From Octopus sinensis (Eukaryota), in contig NC_043001.1 of the NCBI RefSeq assembly GCF_006345805.1, positions 84,878,001 to 84,942,000 on the forward strand: a stretch of 64,000 nucleotides of DNA, in the 5' to 3' direction. Numbering within the stretch: position 1 is the stretch's first letter; every line of letters begins with the position of its first letter. The notes under the pieces are model-generated. The model did not search any database and was not told the DNA's origin. It saw only the letters and a list, made by a program, of their open reading frames with translations. The translations under genes and the position numbers were made by a program. This document shows positions 1-13,760 of the stretch, piece by piece.

Positions 1-128
1 AGCTACAGTAACACCCCTCCCCCTTTGTGGTTAGCCATATTGAGATGGCTATTATACTTTACATCTCTAAAAATGCTTATATAATTATTTCCCTTACAAA
101 CCCGAGCAACGCCGGGCGATACTGCTAG
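1..128 (+). mobile_element. Helitron 3' end (non-autonomous family, same as 46117-46619)
   Basis: Hairpin CCCGAGCAACGCCGGG followed by ATACTG-CTAG|T; last ~65 nt nearly identical to 46555-46620. Confidence 0.75.
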
Positions 129-327
129 TATATATATAAACGTATATATTTATGTATATATGAATGTAGGTATAATACACACACACACACATATATACAT
201 ACCTACCTACATACATACATACATATATACATATATATATATATTATTCATATGCACATATAACATTCAAATATATAGATATATATACATATACATATAT
301 TCAAGCACAACAATACACGTACATATA

Positions 328-408
<81 letters not shown>

Positions 409-511
409 GTGTATATTTGTGCTTCAATATATGTATATGTATATATATCTATATATTTGTATGTATATATGTGCATATGAATATACACAGATATATGCAT
501 ATTTATCTCTC

Positions 512-557
<46 letters not shown>

Positions 558-1232
558 ATATATATATATTGACCAGTGTGTGTGTCTGTGTGTCTGTGTG
601 TCTGTATGTATGTATGTGGACGTGTATGTGCGGTGTGCATATGGGTATGCAGCTAAAGGATAAAAGCAAATATAAAAATGGTAAGCAATAAAACTAAAAT
701 ACTCTTTAATTACAGGCAATATTCTCATAAATTCTCTGCCAAGTTATCTATTGGAAGATGCTATCTTTGACCTCATTATTCTCCGGCTTTGTTTTCCCCT
801 TCTTTATCGTGATTCCATTGAGTCGTTTCCTCTATTGTTATACTATTCATATTAAGTGAAGCCTATCCCAGAGAAAATCTTTAAAAAATCGCGCGTAGCG
901 ATGTTATCGAACGTAATAAATTTATGATTGTATATGTTTCAGTGTTAATTTTACATACATATATTCATACATACATGTATACATGCATGCATTCATGGAT
1001 GCATACATGCATGCATATATACATTTGTGCATACGTGGACACATGCCTTGCATACAGGCTTGTAAATGTATGTTTGTATTTGTATGTGCGTATAAGAAGT
1101 TAATTCACCCGTGTTATATCTATATCTATATCTAAATCTAAATATTTTCCTGCAACTTTTTGTGTATGTATATACAGATTTATATGTGTGTGTGTCTGTG
1201 TCTATGCATATTCATATATGTACACACACACA

Positions 1233-1297
<65 letters not shown>

Positions 1298-2545
1298 ATA
1301 TATATATATATATATATAACATCCAAATGGATTGTACATAGTTACATGAACGATATACTTCCACATGCTTACTCATTTTATACATATATATATATTTGCA
1401 TATATGATTTTTATGCATGTTTTTATAATCTATATATATATACGTGCGTATTTATACAAACATGCATGCATACATACATACATACATACATACACACACA
1501 TATATATATATATACATATATATGTAAAAATATATGTGTGTGTGTAATATGGTATTTGCAAATGTTTGCATAACAATATAGATACATACTCACTCATACA
1601 CAGGCACACAGGTACTCATTATTGATAAAGCAATATTTACAATACATTATCTGGGAAATGTCTACTTCGGATCAATAATCAATAATTGGTAAATGGCACC
1701 ATTATTGGCTACCGAACAGCTTACAATGAAGACCAATGACAGTAATCCGATAAGTCTGAACTCAGTGAAGAGACTGATACAAAATCAATACAAAAGACAT
1801 ATGCCTCTTTAGAAAAATGTTTTATCCTTCACGTAACGCTAAAGTAGTAGTGATTGTGTCTTGGCTGTCGAATCATAAACTGTTAAAGGCACTGTGCAAG
1901 CTGTGTAGTCGTTATTTTGAACACAGGGGACTTCCAACTACAGTGAAAGAAATACCAGAACTTTACTTCGTTGGAATCATTACTTATCCTTAATCATATT
2001 TTGTATAGAACTTTGACAGGGATTGATCACTGTATTTAATGGAGATTTCAAATATCTAAATAATTTTGGGTGAGATTGGTGTATATATATTGATTTCTTT
2101 TATAGACACACTGCAACGTTTCTTATTACATGATGCAGTACTCGAATTGATCGATCGAGTACTTGACTAGTAAGTTCTTTATCAACCATTGCAGGATGAA
2201 AAGCAGTGTCTAAATGAATGATCCTTGAACGTAGAACTATAGTTAGAACCCGGCTGAGATTCGAGCCATATTTCACAGAGTTTTCCAGTCGAGTATCACA
2301 ACCTATTACAGTACCGTACAAAATAATTCGGCCAATTTAAACTATTGTAAAGTTCTACTAATTGACAACTTATAAATGGATGTTTCCCATTGCGTTTTTT
2401 ACAGATGAAACATTGGCCCAGTTGGAGCTATTTTCATACCTAATCATTATATTTTGTTGTAGGGATTCTGAATAGAAAATGCGAGACGGCCACCAAAATG
2501 GCCGTGTAAAAGTTTTTGAATACCTCACATAAACCAATCATGTTA

Positions 2546-3245
2546 CAGTGTTTTAAAACAAAAGAATGTCTATAATGAAAATTTATTACATTATGTTCAT
2601 TTCAAGAGGTTGCTGTGCATTGTTAATATTTCGTGTGGCTTCCTTTAGCTTGAATAATTGCTTCAATGCGCTGAGGAAGAGACGCGTACAAATTCTTCAC
2701 CATCTTCACAAGTATGAGATGCTATTCCATATGGCTGAGCTCCCACAACTCTTCAAGATTGCGTGGATTCTTTTGACAAACTCTTGTCTTTAGTTCTGTC
2801 CACATTTGCTCGATAATATTTAAGTCAGGATTCTCAGCTAGCTAATCTTTCAATACGGTAACACCTTCATCAGCCAGATTCTGTTGTGTTGCACGCGATC
2901 TGTGGCATAGAGCTCCGTCATGCTGAAAAATCTCACCTTCATCCAAGTCTGGTATCAAATTGTCCTTCAGCAACTGGATGTATGTGTCACTATTCAGATT
3001 ACCGTCAATTCTAACAAAACTTACTTGAAGCATAACTTTATATGTACTCCCAAATCATGAGTCTCTTACCACCGAACTTCACTGTTCTTGTCGTGTAACG
3101 TGGAAAGTTTCGCTTTCCCGAAGACCTTCTGATAAATTCTTGCTTATTAGAAGGAAAGCCACACAAAATATTAACAATGAACAATAATGAAATTAACATT
3201 ATATAATAAATTTTCATTATATAAACTTTTCTGTTTAAAACACTG
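2546..3245 (-). mobile_element. Internally deleted Tc1-family DNA transposon
   Basis: TA|CAGTG...CACTG|TA ends, ~100 bp imperfect TIRs; minus-strand remnants TVKFGGKRLMIW, IFQHDGALCH, ENPDLNIIEQMW. Confidence 0.85.
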
Positions 3246-3410
3246 TATCTTGATGGGTTTATGTGAGATGCCCGAAAACATTTGGGCTGCCATTTTTGGT
3301 ATTCGTATCGCATTTTCCTATGTCTGCCTTATTTGCTTATTTACTTAGGTGAATCTATATGAGTATGCATGGCAGTGGCAGTAGAGGTTGTGTTGTTGGT
3401 GGTGCCGTGT

Positions 3411-3444
<34 letters not shown>

Positions 3445-3708
3445 CGTGCATATTTTGCGCCTGATTCTCTTTTTGTGAGAATGCGTCTCCGTGGTGTGTG
3501 CCTATGTGTATGTGTATGTGTATGAGTGTTTGTGAGCTATTTTATGTCTGATAGTGTATCCTGAAAAGAATGCAACGCTGACCTTGTCGAGCTTTCTATA
3601 GAAACACAAAACATCGTGATCACCAACTACAATTAACTCATGACTCAATTCATCCGATCCTGTGTCACATATGTGTGTACAATTTATATATATATATGTA
3701 TGTGTATG

Positions 3709-3760
<52 letters not shown>

Positions 3761-3775
3761 GTATGTATATATATC

Positions 3776-3874
<99 letters not shown>

Positions 3875-3992
3875 CGCTTCGTCCAAAGTAACGTCCAAAG
3901 AAACTGAAGAATAAACAAAATAAAATCTCGAGATTTAGCGGTTTAGTTGATTTCTTTCCAAGCCTTCAAGTGTCACACTTCAGCCATTGTGA

Positions 3993-4346
<354 letters not shown>

Positions 4347-4347
4347 T

Positions 4348-4558
4348 AGGCGGGTAGCTGGTAGAATCGTTAGCTTGCGGGAAGAAATACTTACAGGTAT
4401 TTCGTCTGCCGTTACGTTCTGAATTCAAATTCAGCCGAGATCGACATTGCCTTTTTCTCCTTTTGGGGTCGATAAATCAAATGCCAGTTGAGTACTGCGA
4501 TCGATGTAATCAAATATACCCCGCCCTCAAAATTTCAGGCCTTGTGCCTATAGAAAAA

Positions 4559-4589
<31 letters not shown>

Positions 4590-4840
4590 TATTACTATTA
4601 TTATTATTACAATTATTATTATTATCGAGCTGGCAGAATCATTATCACATCGGGCAAAATGAAAATACTTAGCAACTTCCCGTTTATCTTTTCGTTCTGA
4701 GCCCGAATTCCACCGAGGTCGACTGTGCCTTTCACTCTTTCGGGGGCGACAAAATAAGTACCAGTTCAGGACTGAGATCAATGTAATCAATCAGACTCCT
4801 AGCCTCAAATTTCAGTTACCCTAACTTTTGTAGAAAGGAT
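4348..4840 (+). mobile_element. Two tandem tRNA-derived SINE copies (family A), 4348-4560 and 4626-4840
   Basis: GGCG..AGCTGGCAGAATCGTTAGC head, GAGTTCAAATTCC B-box-like, core GTCGAC..GCCTTT..GGGGTCGATAAA, separated by (ATT)n. Confidence 0.75.
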
Positions 4841-5116
4841 TATTATTATTATTATTATTATCATTATTATTATTAGGGAATTTTTCCCTTTGAAGTTTTA
4901 AAAGTCTAATTTGATAAATTTTGTTATAACCTTATGAATAATTTCTTTTTGATCAATATGAATTGCATATTTTGTATTCTCTATTTCGTCCTTTCATATT
5001 CTCCTCAATATCTCTGGCCCTTCTTACCAATGAAAGAAATCATTAGTCATCATCGTCGCCATCATAATCGTCATCATCGTCGTCATCGTCGTCGTCGTCA
5101 TCATCATCATCATCAT

Positions 5117-5510
5117 TCCATACACTCGAAACAGATGTGATTGCTGGAACAAATTCATAGCATCAGGCCACAGCATGTAACCCAAGACTTCGAGAACCTT
5201 CCTAATTATCCTAGTAATTAATAACACTGTTTTCTGGAGCTGCACCAAATTAGGCTTTTTTTTCTTCCTTTTTCCATCTGATCTAAGCTTTTGGAAGAGT
5301 TCATAATGTACCTATAACTACAGGGATATATTTTACCCGCACATGCTAGGGCCTCTGTAACTCAATGACTAGGTCCTGCTACTTTGTTATTTTCTCTATT
5401 CCTCCATACTTTCTCGTCATATGGGACAGTAAAGTCAATTCTATTTTCTTTGCCAACTACTACAGAATCAGGCCTACTAGCTTCTATTACTGTGCAGTCT
5501 GAACGTTGTT
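5117..5510 (-). mobile_element. R4/Dong-clade non-LTR retrotransposon, degraded 3' fragment (restriction-like endonuclease)
   Basis: Minus strand IEASRPDSVVV..IDFTVPYD..QDLVIEL..IPVVIGTL..LQKTVLL; flanked by (CAT)n and (TTA)n. Confidence 0.7.
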
Positions 5511-5535
5511 GTTGATGTTATTATTATTATTATTA

Positions 5536-5579
<44 letters not shown>

Positions 5580-5581
5580 TA

Positions 5582-5635
<54 letters not shown>

Positions 5636-5651
5636 TATTATTATTATTACA

Positions 5652-6048
5652 CTCTTTTACTTGTTTCAGTCGTTTGACGGTAGCTATACTGGAGCACTGC
5701 CTTTAGTCGAGCAAATTGACCCCAGAACTTATTCTTTGTAAGTCTAGTACTTAATCTATCGGTCTCGTTTGTCGAACCGCTTAGTTACGGTGACGTAAAC
5801 GCACCAGCATCGGTTGTCAAGCGATGTTGGGGGGGACAAGCACAGACACGCAACATATACACACACACATATATATACATATATAGACAGGCTTCCTTTC
5901 AGTTTCTGTCTACGAAATCCACTCACAAGACTTTGATCGGCTCGAGGCTATAGTAGAAGACATTTACCCAAGGTGCCACACGGTGGGCCTGAACCCGGAA
6001 CCATGTGGTTAGTAAGCAAGCTACTTACTACACAGCGGCTCTTACGCC

Positions 6049-6049
<1 letters not shown>
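5652..6049 (-). mobile_element. tRNA-derived SINE family B (CORE-like CCTTGGGCAAGT motif)
   Basis: Full-length match to other copies at 19790-20188 and 44656-45095; internal (CA)/(TA) tract. Confidence 0.8.
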
Positions 6050-6125
<76 letters not shown>

Positions 6126-6329
6126 TTATTATTATTATCATTATTATTGTCATTTTCCGATTCATTTTCTTTTATTTCATCTTCCGACCGATTCTACCTT
6201 ATTGTCTGTGTCATTAGTTTGTTAGTTACGAGTGAAGAGACTCAGATCTTTTGCTGCTTTAATGGGTAGTGGGTACTCCTTACCATTATCATAATCAGGG
6301 AGAATAAGATTTTTTCTGTATTTATATAC

Positions 6330-6600
6330 GTTCTTTGAGTCTGAGTGCACTTTCTTACTCTGTTTATGTTGCCTTACCAGCAGTGTCATCCAGTTGGTGT
6401 TTCTTTGAATGTACGTTTTATAGGACGTTTAAAGTTGGGTTAGTTCTCCACCGCCTTGCTTTCGTGGGGGATAGAACCTGTGGACATCTGATTTTTGGTA
6501 GTGCATACTGTTTAGCATCAACAGTTTCCCGGTTTTTATGTACATAAGTTGGAGTTCCCTGATTCCAATTGATGACATTAACTGGCATCGTCAGGAAGTT
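6330..6600 (-). mobile_element. R4/Dong fragment (post-RT region)
   Basis: Minus strand KLLMLNSMHYQKSDVHRFYPPRKQGGGELTQL*TSYK, homologous to KLLSCNRMHHPKADVDRLYLPRAQGSRGLIQFELAYK of the copy at 17681-18998. Confidence 0.65.
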
Positions 6601-7009
6601 TATAGCTGCAGTTCTGTTTACGACGCTTGAATGAGTAACCGCATCACAGTTCCAGGTTGTCTCGGAGAAGATACGAACTCGGAACTAAAATATATAACTG
6701 AAGATTACAGGAAATGAAATTCGTTTAGTTCCCATTTACACGACTCCATCTCTCTATATCATTTAGTTTTAAATCTGATATTGCTTGATTATCTATCAAA
6801 TTTATGTACTTCTTTGTCTATGCCCATGTGTCTATGTAATATATGAGAACTAATTTATCGCTTCGTCTATATAATTGTTTATCAGATAAAACACAGTTAA
6901 TCTATTTTAAGCAATTCAATTTAGTCTTATCTATCTATATCTCTATCTATCAATCTATCTATCTATTCATTTTTCTTTTGAACTCTCTCTTCAGATACAC
7001 ACATTCACA

Positions 7010-7086
<77 letters not shown>

Positions 7087-8499
7087 CATACTCTCCCTAT
7101 CACACACACATATAATTAGATATGAAATAAAAACGAATACTCGAGAGATAATGACACAAGTAAATTGATGAAGACATCTACATATAATTTATAAATGGGT
7201 GTGTGTATGTATGTATGCGATTTACATTTAAATATTTGTTTCTACCCAGAACATAGCAACAAGTGAAACTATTGTTGTTTGCATCACTACTAGAGGACAT
7301 ACTTGCATAGACTGCCGTAAAACAATTCACTTCTTATCGAGAACTCAGTGAAGAAAAGAAAAAATAGTACGGAAGATACCTTAGAATCGGCATAATCTCG
7401 TTGTCGCTATTGTTTATCTTTTAAAATTACTGCACAGAAATCCTTAAATGCATTCGAATTTCACATGTGTACCAGATGATTCGTATTACTTTATGTCGTG
7501 TGTTAAGGTTTTCCTCGTACCGCACTCTCTTGGTTATAGTTATCTTTTGTGGTTCGATACTGTTTCTACTGTATCGTCAACTTCTAAATTTATTCTGACT
7601 ACCAACCTATAATGTATCTTTAAAGTAACTAGCATAAGGGAGGGGACATCATCACTAATATCTCGTCTGCTAAATTTGTGACGCTTGTGTTCCACCTTCC
7701 TTTATATTCTGGAACAAGTTTATGGCCAGGTGTGTCAGGTATAAGTTCGGCATATGCGTTAGCTTCATATTGTTTTGTAAAAGTGGCACACTTTACTATA
7801 AGCTCTAGCTCACCCAATGAAGAGCTATAGGTACAAAGGAGTATTCTGGCAAATATAAACATTGGTCAGAATTGTCTTCAAAAATTCTTTGTATAGAGCA
7901 AGAGTAAGCCCCATGGCCTTGACAAAGAGAAGCCTACCCTACAAACTATTTGCTTTCATGCTTTCGTTCTCTCAATAAAATGTTCGATATTCAGGATATT
8001 TTGCAGTTCGAAAGAAAGATTGCAAAGCATAACATTGTTTTGTTTATCTTTGCGTTTGAGTCCAATGTGCATGAAGAGAAATGTTGAATATTTTCTTGAA
8101 AAACATTTCCATTCGAAATATTAATCGTGGCTTTTAAAATACTAGCATTTCGTTTTGTTCAGTGACAATATTAATAATTTCATTACAATTAAAGTATTTT
8201 TTTTGTTTTGAACTTTCTCCACCTGAAGCGTGATATTCTAAAATTTATCTTATTGTTCTTGTGGTGGTGTGAGATTTCCATAGATATTTTTTGTATATGA
8301 GTAGCTTGAAGAAAGAAACTTCAAAACTAAAACGCAAACCTTATTTTTTTTCCGTTCTCAATCTCTGAAGGAGAGAAACTCTTATACTTATGACTTTCTT
8401 TGTAGACGAATATTTTTAGCTATAAAAAACAGAAAAATCACTTAATATAATCATTTGCTTCAGTGAGCGACTTGTAAACAACATCTGTTTCTCCAGCAA

Positions 8500-8539
<40 letters not shown>

Positions 8540-8897
8540 TAATAATAATAATAACGACGACGATGATGACAATGATAGGTGTATATATGTGTGTGTGCGT
8601 GTGTGCATGTGTATTTGTGTGCCTGCATGTGTGTGTGTGGGGGGGTTGTGTCTGTTTGTCTGTCTGTGTTAATCAACAAGAGTTATAGAAAACAAAATAT
8701 TTCTCGGTAGTGCGATCGTATACATTTTGTAGCGTAACATTTATTAACCATTTTAAAATTCATTGATATAAATAAAAAAAAACAAATATATATATATATA
8801 AATCGGATTTTGGTAATTTGTGCCTTTCGAAACACGTGTAGAATGAAATAAAACGATTTCTGTTCAATCTGCGTTCAGCTCCATTTCTTCAATTCAG

Positions 8898-8935
<38 letters not shown>

Positions 8936-8963
8936 CAATTACTCTGTATATCAGCTAGTATGT

Positions 8964-8994
<31 letters not shown>

Positions 8995-9029
8995 TATATA
9001 TATTATATATATATATATATATATAATAT

Positions 9030-9215
9030 CGCCATGATAGATCGGTAGCCACTACACACATTTTTTTCTCTCGTTGTTTTTTCTGTGTCCCTTTCTGTAG
9101 AAGAGCGTAGGCTCGAAACTTTAAGACTTTTTACACTTCCTGATCGTTATACCAATATATCTGTTTGTTTTGTACACCACCTGTCTTCGTCTTTTGTTTT
9201 TTCGCGAAGTCTCCC
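9030..9215 (+). mobile_element. Short PLE-derived element (family HH-A) in (TA)n, with a degenerate hammerhead motif at 9091-9127
   Basis: Starts CGCCATG and ends CTCCC-TATA like the PLE terminal repeat; CTGTAGAA-GAGC-gtag-GCTC-GAAAC. Confidence 0.7.
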
Positions 9216-9216
9216 T

Positions 9217-9250
<34 letters not shown>

Positions 9251-9649
9251 ATATATATATATATTATATATATATATATATCCGATTATGTATACATTTA
9301 TATTTACTTAAGTCTCTCTTGAGAAGAATAATTGTACTGGAACTTCAGACTTTGCGGATTCTTGGCTTCATTAGACAATTTGAGAAAGTCATCACTTTGT
9401 GACATTTCGAAGTCATTGTCATAATTTTCCTTTGAAAAGTATGTATAATGTTCTACGTCAATGCAATAATCTACTTACCGAATATTTGACTACTTGCGTT
9501 AAGTGTAGTTATCAGAATAATCACATAGTTTATGATATTTTGAAAATATGTACATGCAAAATGTTATGTTCATTCGTAGAAACATATAAGCGATCACTTC
9601 ATATGTATTGAGAGTATTTGGGCTAAATCTGACGATGTTTCCGCTCTCC

Positions 9650-10612
9650 TTTTTTTTTCGGGAAACGCTTGATATATTGGTGACTAGTCAAAAGCACTGG
9701 AGAATATAAAGGTTAAAGCTATATTTGAAAAAAGCCTAGCTGACGTAGAGGATAGGAAGACGTCTGAATATTGGAAAAATTTACTCGTATCATGATGATT
9801 CGCACTGGGTAACAGAAAGCCGACATTATGACTGCTGCTCAATGCCCTGCGAATTCAGTAATGAATGTAAGACGCAACCTTCGTATCATGAAAATGAAGT
9901 TCTCTCAAACTGTAATGGTCTTTAGTGTGTGTCTTCAGTGAGAGTGTCGTCATGCTGCCACGAATAATTTTGAACAGATCCTTAGGTTCAATTCAGTTCC
10001 CCATGGGAATCTGTTGAGAACTGGTCAAACCTTGGCTGGAGAATGTTACTGCTAGAATTAAGCGCCTTGCCACACCACCGGAAAGAAGCAGATGTAGCTA
10101 TTGGAGAATAGCAGCATCAGCTTACACCACGGTCTCAAAACAGCTCCAGAAATTGTCGCACACGTCCCTCGCTGTGTGTTAAGAGGTCTTCGAACACCAC
10201 CTTGAGCTTGGGCGCCACTTCGGCTAAGTAGCTGCTTATCTGTCCCAACCTCACTCCTCGCATAGTAATCCATCGGATGCCCTATTTCTGGCCTCCAAAT
10301 TTCTTCAACTTTAATCCGATGGATTACTATGCGAGGAGAGAGGTGTGAATGACAACCAGCCACTCACCCGAGGTGGCGGCGAAGATCAAGGTGGTGTTCG
10401 AAGATCTCTTAACACACGGCGAGGGACGTGTGAGCCAATTCCCGGAGCCGTTTTGAGACCGTGGTGTAAGCTGATGGTAGCTACTTTCAGTTAATGTTAT
10501 TTCCCAACCATAATCTAATTGATATTTAATTTTTTTAATACTTATATTTTTGGATGGGGTGTTTAGTTCTTTTCTTCTTTCATGCAAACTGTGAAATTAA
10601 TTACGAAACCCT
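9650..10612 (+). mobile_element. Degraded maT (DD37D)-like transposon with internal inverted duplication
   Basis: MKMKFSQTVMVF, WPPNFFNFNPMDYY, AKIKVVFEDL remnants; GAAACCCT-type end near 10610; left boundary uncertain. Confidence 0.6.
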
Positions 10613-10670
10613 ATGTGTGTATGCGTGTGTGGTGTGTGTACGCGCACGCGCCATTGTATATATATATATT

Positions 10671-10805
10671 CAGTTTATGATTAATTTATGGAATGAAGTT
10701 CTACAAATCCAAACATATTTGTCAAAAATGGAGGTGGTAAAATGTTAAAACGTCGTATATGATCGGATTTGTAGAATTTCATTACCATAAATTAATCATA
10801 CACTT
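10671..10805. mobile_element. Small Tc1-type MITE
   Basis: ~45 bp imperfect TIR (TATGATTAATTTATGG..TTCTACAAATCC) with CAGT/CACT ends. Confidence 0.55.
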
Positions 10806-10976
10806 AATATTCTAATACTACTTTTCTATCTTCGCGGATTTACACCAGTAAGCTCTCAGCAAAGTATGAAGAATCAACTTTAGAAATCTTTTTGGAAAAC
10901 CACTCCAATTAAAGGACGAAACCTGTGCGTATATGTGTGCATATGTATGTATGCATACACACGCACGCCCAAACCG

Positions 10977-11031
<55 letters not shown>

Positions 11032-11038
11032 ATATGTA

Positions 11039-12274
11039 CACAGACATGCAAGAAGTAAATAGACACCTTTAATTAAAAAAAATATTTTATTTAATACGCA
11101 AAGCGAACAATTGAAATGTAGTCGATAGGCAGGACTACATTTAGTATTTAGTATTATTAATTTTTTTTGCAGTTTTAAATTTCAGAGACTCTTTTTGGTA
11201 TTGAACTGATGAGCTTTGTGATCGTCACCTCTGGAATTTCTGCCCATTTTTCACGCAACAATCGAAACAATTCATCTTTAGATCTAGGTTTCTGTTGAGT
11301 TTTTCGTATAGCTCTATCTAGTATGCTCCAAAGATTTTCAATTGGGTTCATGTCAGGAGATTGGCTGGGGCAATGATGCTTTTTGATCCCATTTTCAGTC
11401 AGCCATTTTTGATTTCCTTTTGCTGTGTGTCATCTAGCACCATCTTCCATGAATAAAAACTAATTTTTTTGTTATGTTATCGTGTGAATACATCGGAAGT
11501 AGTCCTTGCTTAAGTATTTCGATGTATTGTTCAGAGTTCATGGTCCCAACACATTCGATCAGTTCAGAACGACCATTGCTGGTGACAGATCCCCATAACA
11601 TTACAGAGATACCGCCATGTTTCACCGTTGGTTGGAGTCGTTTCAAATCAAATTCTTGATTGGGAAGCTTCCATTCCCAAACACGTCCAGTGTCTGAAAA
11701 TAATGCAAATCTGGATTCATCTGAGAAAATAGCTTTATCCCAAAATGAACTGGATTTTTCTGACATCTCCTTAGCCCTTTTCTATGGGTAAAGAAGAGGT
11801 TTTCTTCTAGCTGCTCGTCCATAATGCTCAAGCTTATGTAGATATGTAACACACGTTTTGCAACGTCAGAAAATTTCGAACCGGGTTCGTTTTCCACAAT
11901 TCTCTTCAAATAGTGAAGTTTCCTTTGTGAGGGCCCAGATCGGCCGGGACCAGAATCTGTTGTTTCTTTTCCTTGACTTTTGAATTGCACTATAATTCTA
12001 TTAAAAGTAGCAAGGGGAATTTGAAGATTTTCGTCAATTTTTCGCTGGCTAACATCTGCCTCAGATTGCCCAACGATACGATCTCTTTGAAAATCTGAAA
12101 ATCTGCAGAACTTTTTGTGCGTCGCATGGTTACTCTTCGCAAATGTTTAATATAATGCCACTGGAATGAAAAGAATAATTACATTGTAAATTCTACACCG
12201 CTGAAAACATATTAAGACTGTTAGATGAAAACTTTTGAAAATTAATGTGTCTATTTACTTCTTGCACGTCTGTG
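11039..12274 (-). mobile_element. Full-length Tc1 (DD34E) transposon with pseudogenised transposase
   Basis: 28 bp TIR CACAGAC(A/G)TGCAAGAAGTAAATAGACAC, TA on both sides; FSDESRF, TVKHGG, MEDGAR*H..SPDMNPIE (34 aa D-E spacing); one stop and frameshifts. Confidence 0.92.
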
Positions 12275-12276
12275 TA

Positions 12277-12326
<50 letters not shown>

Positions 12327-12327
12327 G

Positions 12328-12438
<111 letters not shown>

Positions 12439-12689
12439 AAATTCAATGTAAATATTTAGAAATCTGTTACACTGGAAAATGCATGTATGAATGTGACATC
12501 CCCATACATTGTGAAAAATACTCAGGACGACGGGTGTTGCGCACACGACATTGTAGCTTGTCCATGTAAGTTGTATTCACTAAGCTCAACAAATCAATAC
12601 CATAGGTAAGTTGGAAATCTGTTTCAGGTCGTACTTTAGGATAAATATAGGATAAAGTTCTTTCTCTCGTCATGTAAACTCAAATGACA

Positions 12690-12900
12690 TGGTTTCCCGG
12701 TGTCTGTGTCGTATATATTTCCTGCTGGTCAGTATGCCAGTCCATAGCAGGATTACTCATTTTCGCCACCTGAGTGGACTAGAGCAACGTGATTGCCTCG
12801 ACTAAGTATTTTGCACAAGAACTCATTGCGCGGTTCAGGAATGGAAGACATAATCTTGTGATCACGAGCCCAAACCTTGATTAGTAAGCCACGTGCCTCC
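12690..12900 (-). mobile_element. tRNA-derived SINE family C, degraded
   Basis: GCCACCTGAGTGGACTAGAGCAACG core shared with 41690-41945 and (inverted) 44150-44345. Confidence 0.55.
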
Positions 12901-13096
12901 ACTAAGAAACTGAAATATTTTCTACGATTTTGAATAGGACGTTGATGATGCCAATGACTGTGACGTCGAAGCGAAAGATATTAAGGAAATGATGTCCGCT
13001 AATAGAATAAAATCTGAGGTAAAGTGAGATACTAGCATGCGTAGCAAGAAGCTTAGCATCGTTTCTTTCGGCTTTATATTTATATAAAAATATTTA

Positions 13097-13230
13097 TATT
13101 CAAATTCCTCCAAGGTCAATTTTGCCTTTCATCCTTTCGGAATCGATGAAATAAGTACAAGTTACGCACAGGATTCGATATGATCGGCTAATCACTCGCC
13201 AAAAGTTTAGCCTTGTGCCTATAATAGAAA

Positions 13231-13232
<2 letters not shown>
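13097..13232 (+). mobile_element. SINE family A, 5'-truncated
   Basis: GCCTTTCATCCTTTCGG..GATGAAATAAGTAC core and GCCTTGTGCCTATAATAGAAA tail. Confidence 0.65.

Positions 13233-13760
<528 letters not shown>

Noticed and set aside
2100-2321. 73 aa minus-strand ORF of normal complexity (possible exon of a neighbouring gene)
   Set aside because: No recognisable family and no partner exons found; a tblastn or RNA-seq check would settle it.
7629-8100. 77 aa minus-strand ORF and upstream decayed frame
   Set aside because: No motif recognised; stops upstream; probably an old TE relic.
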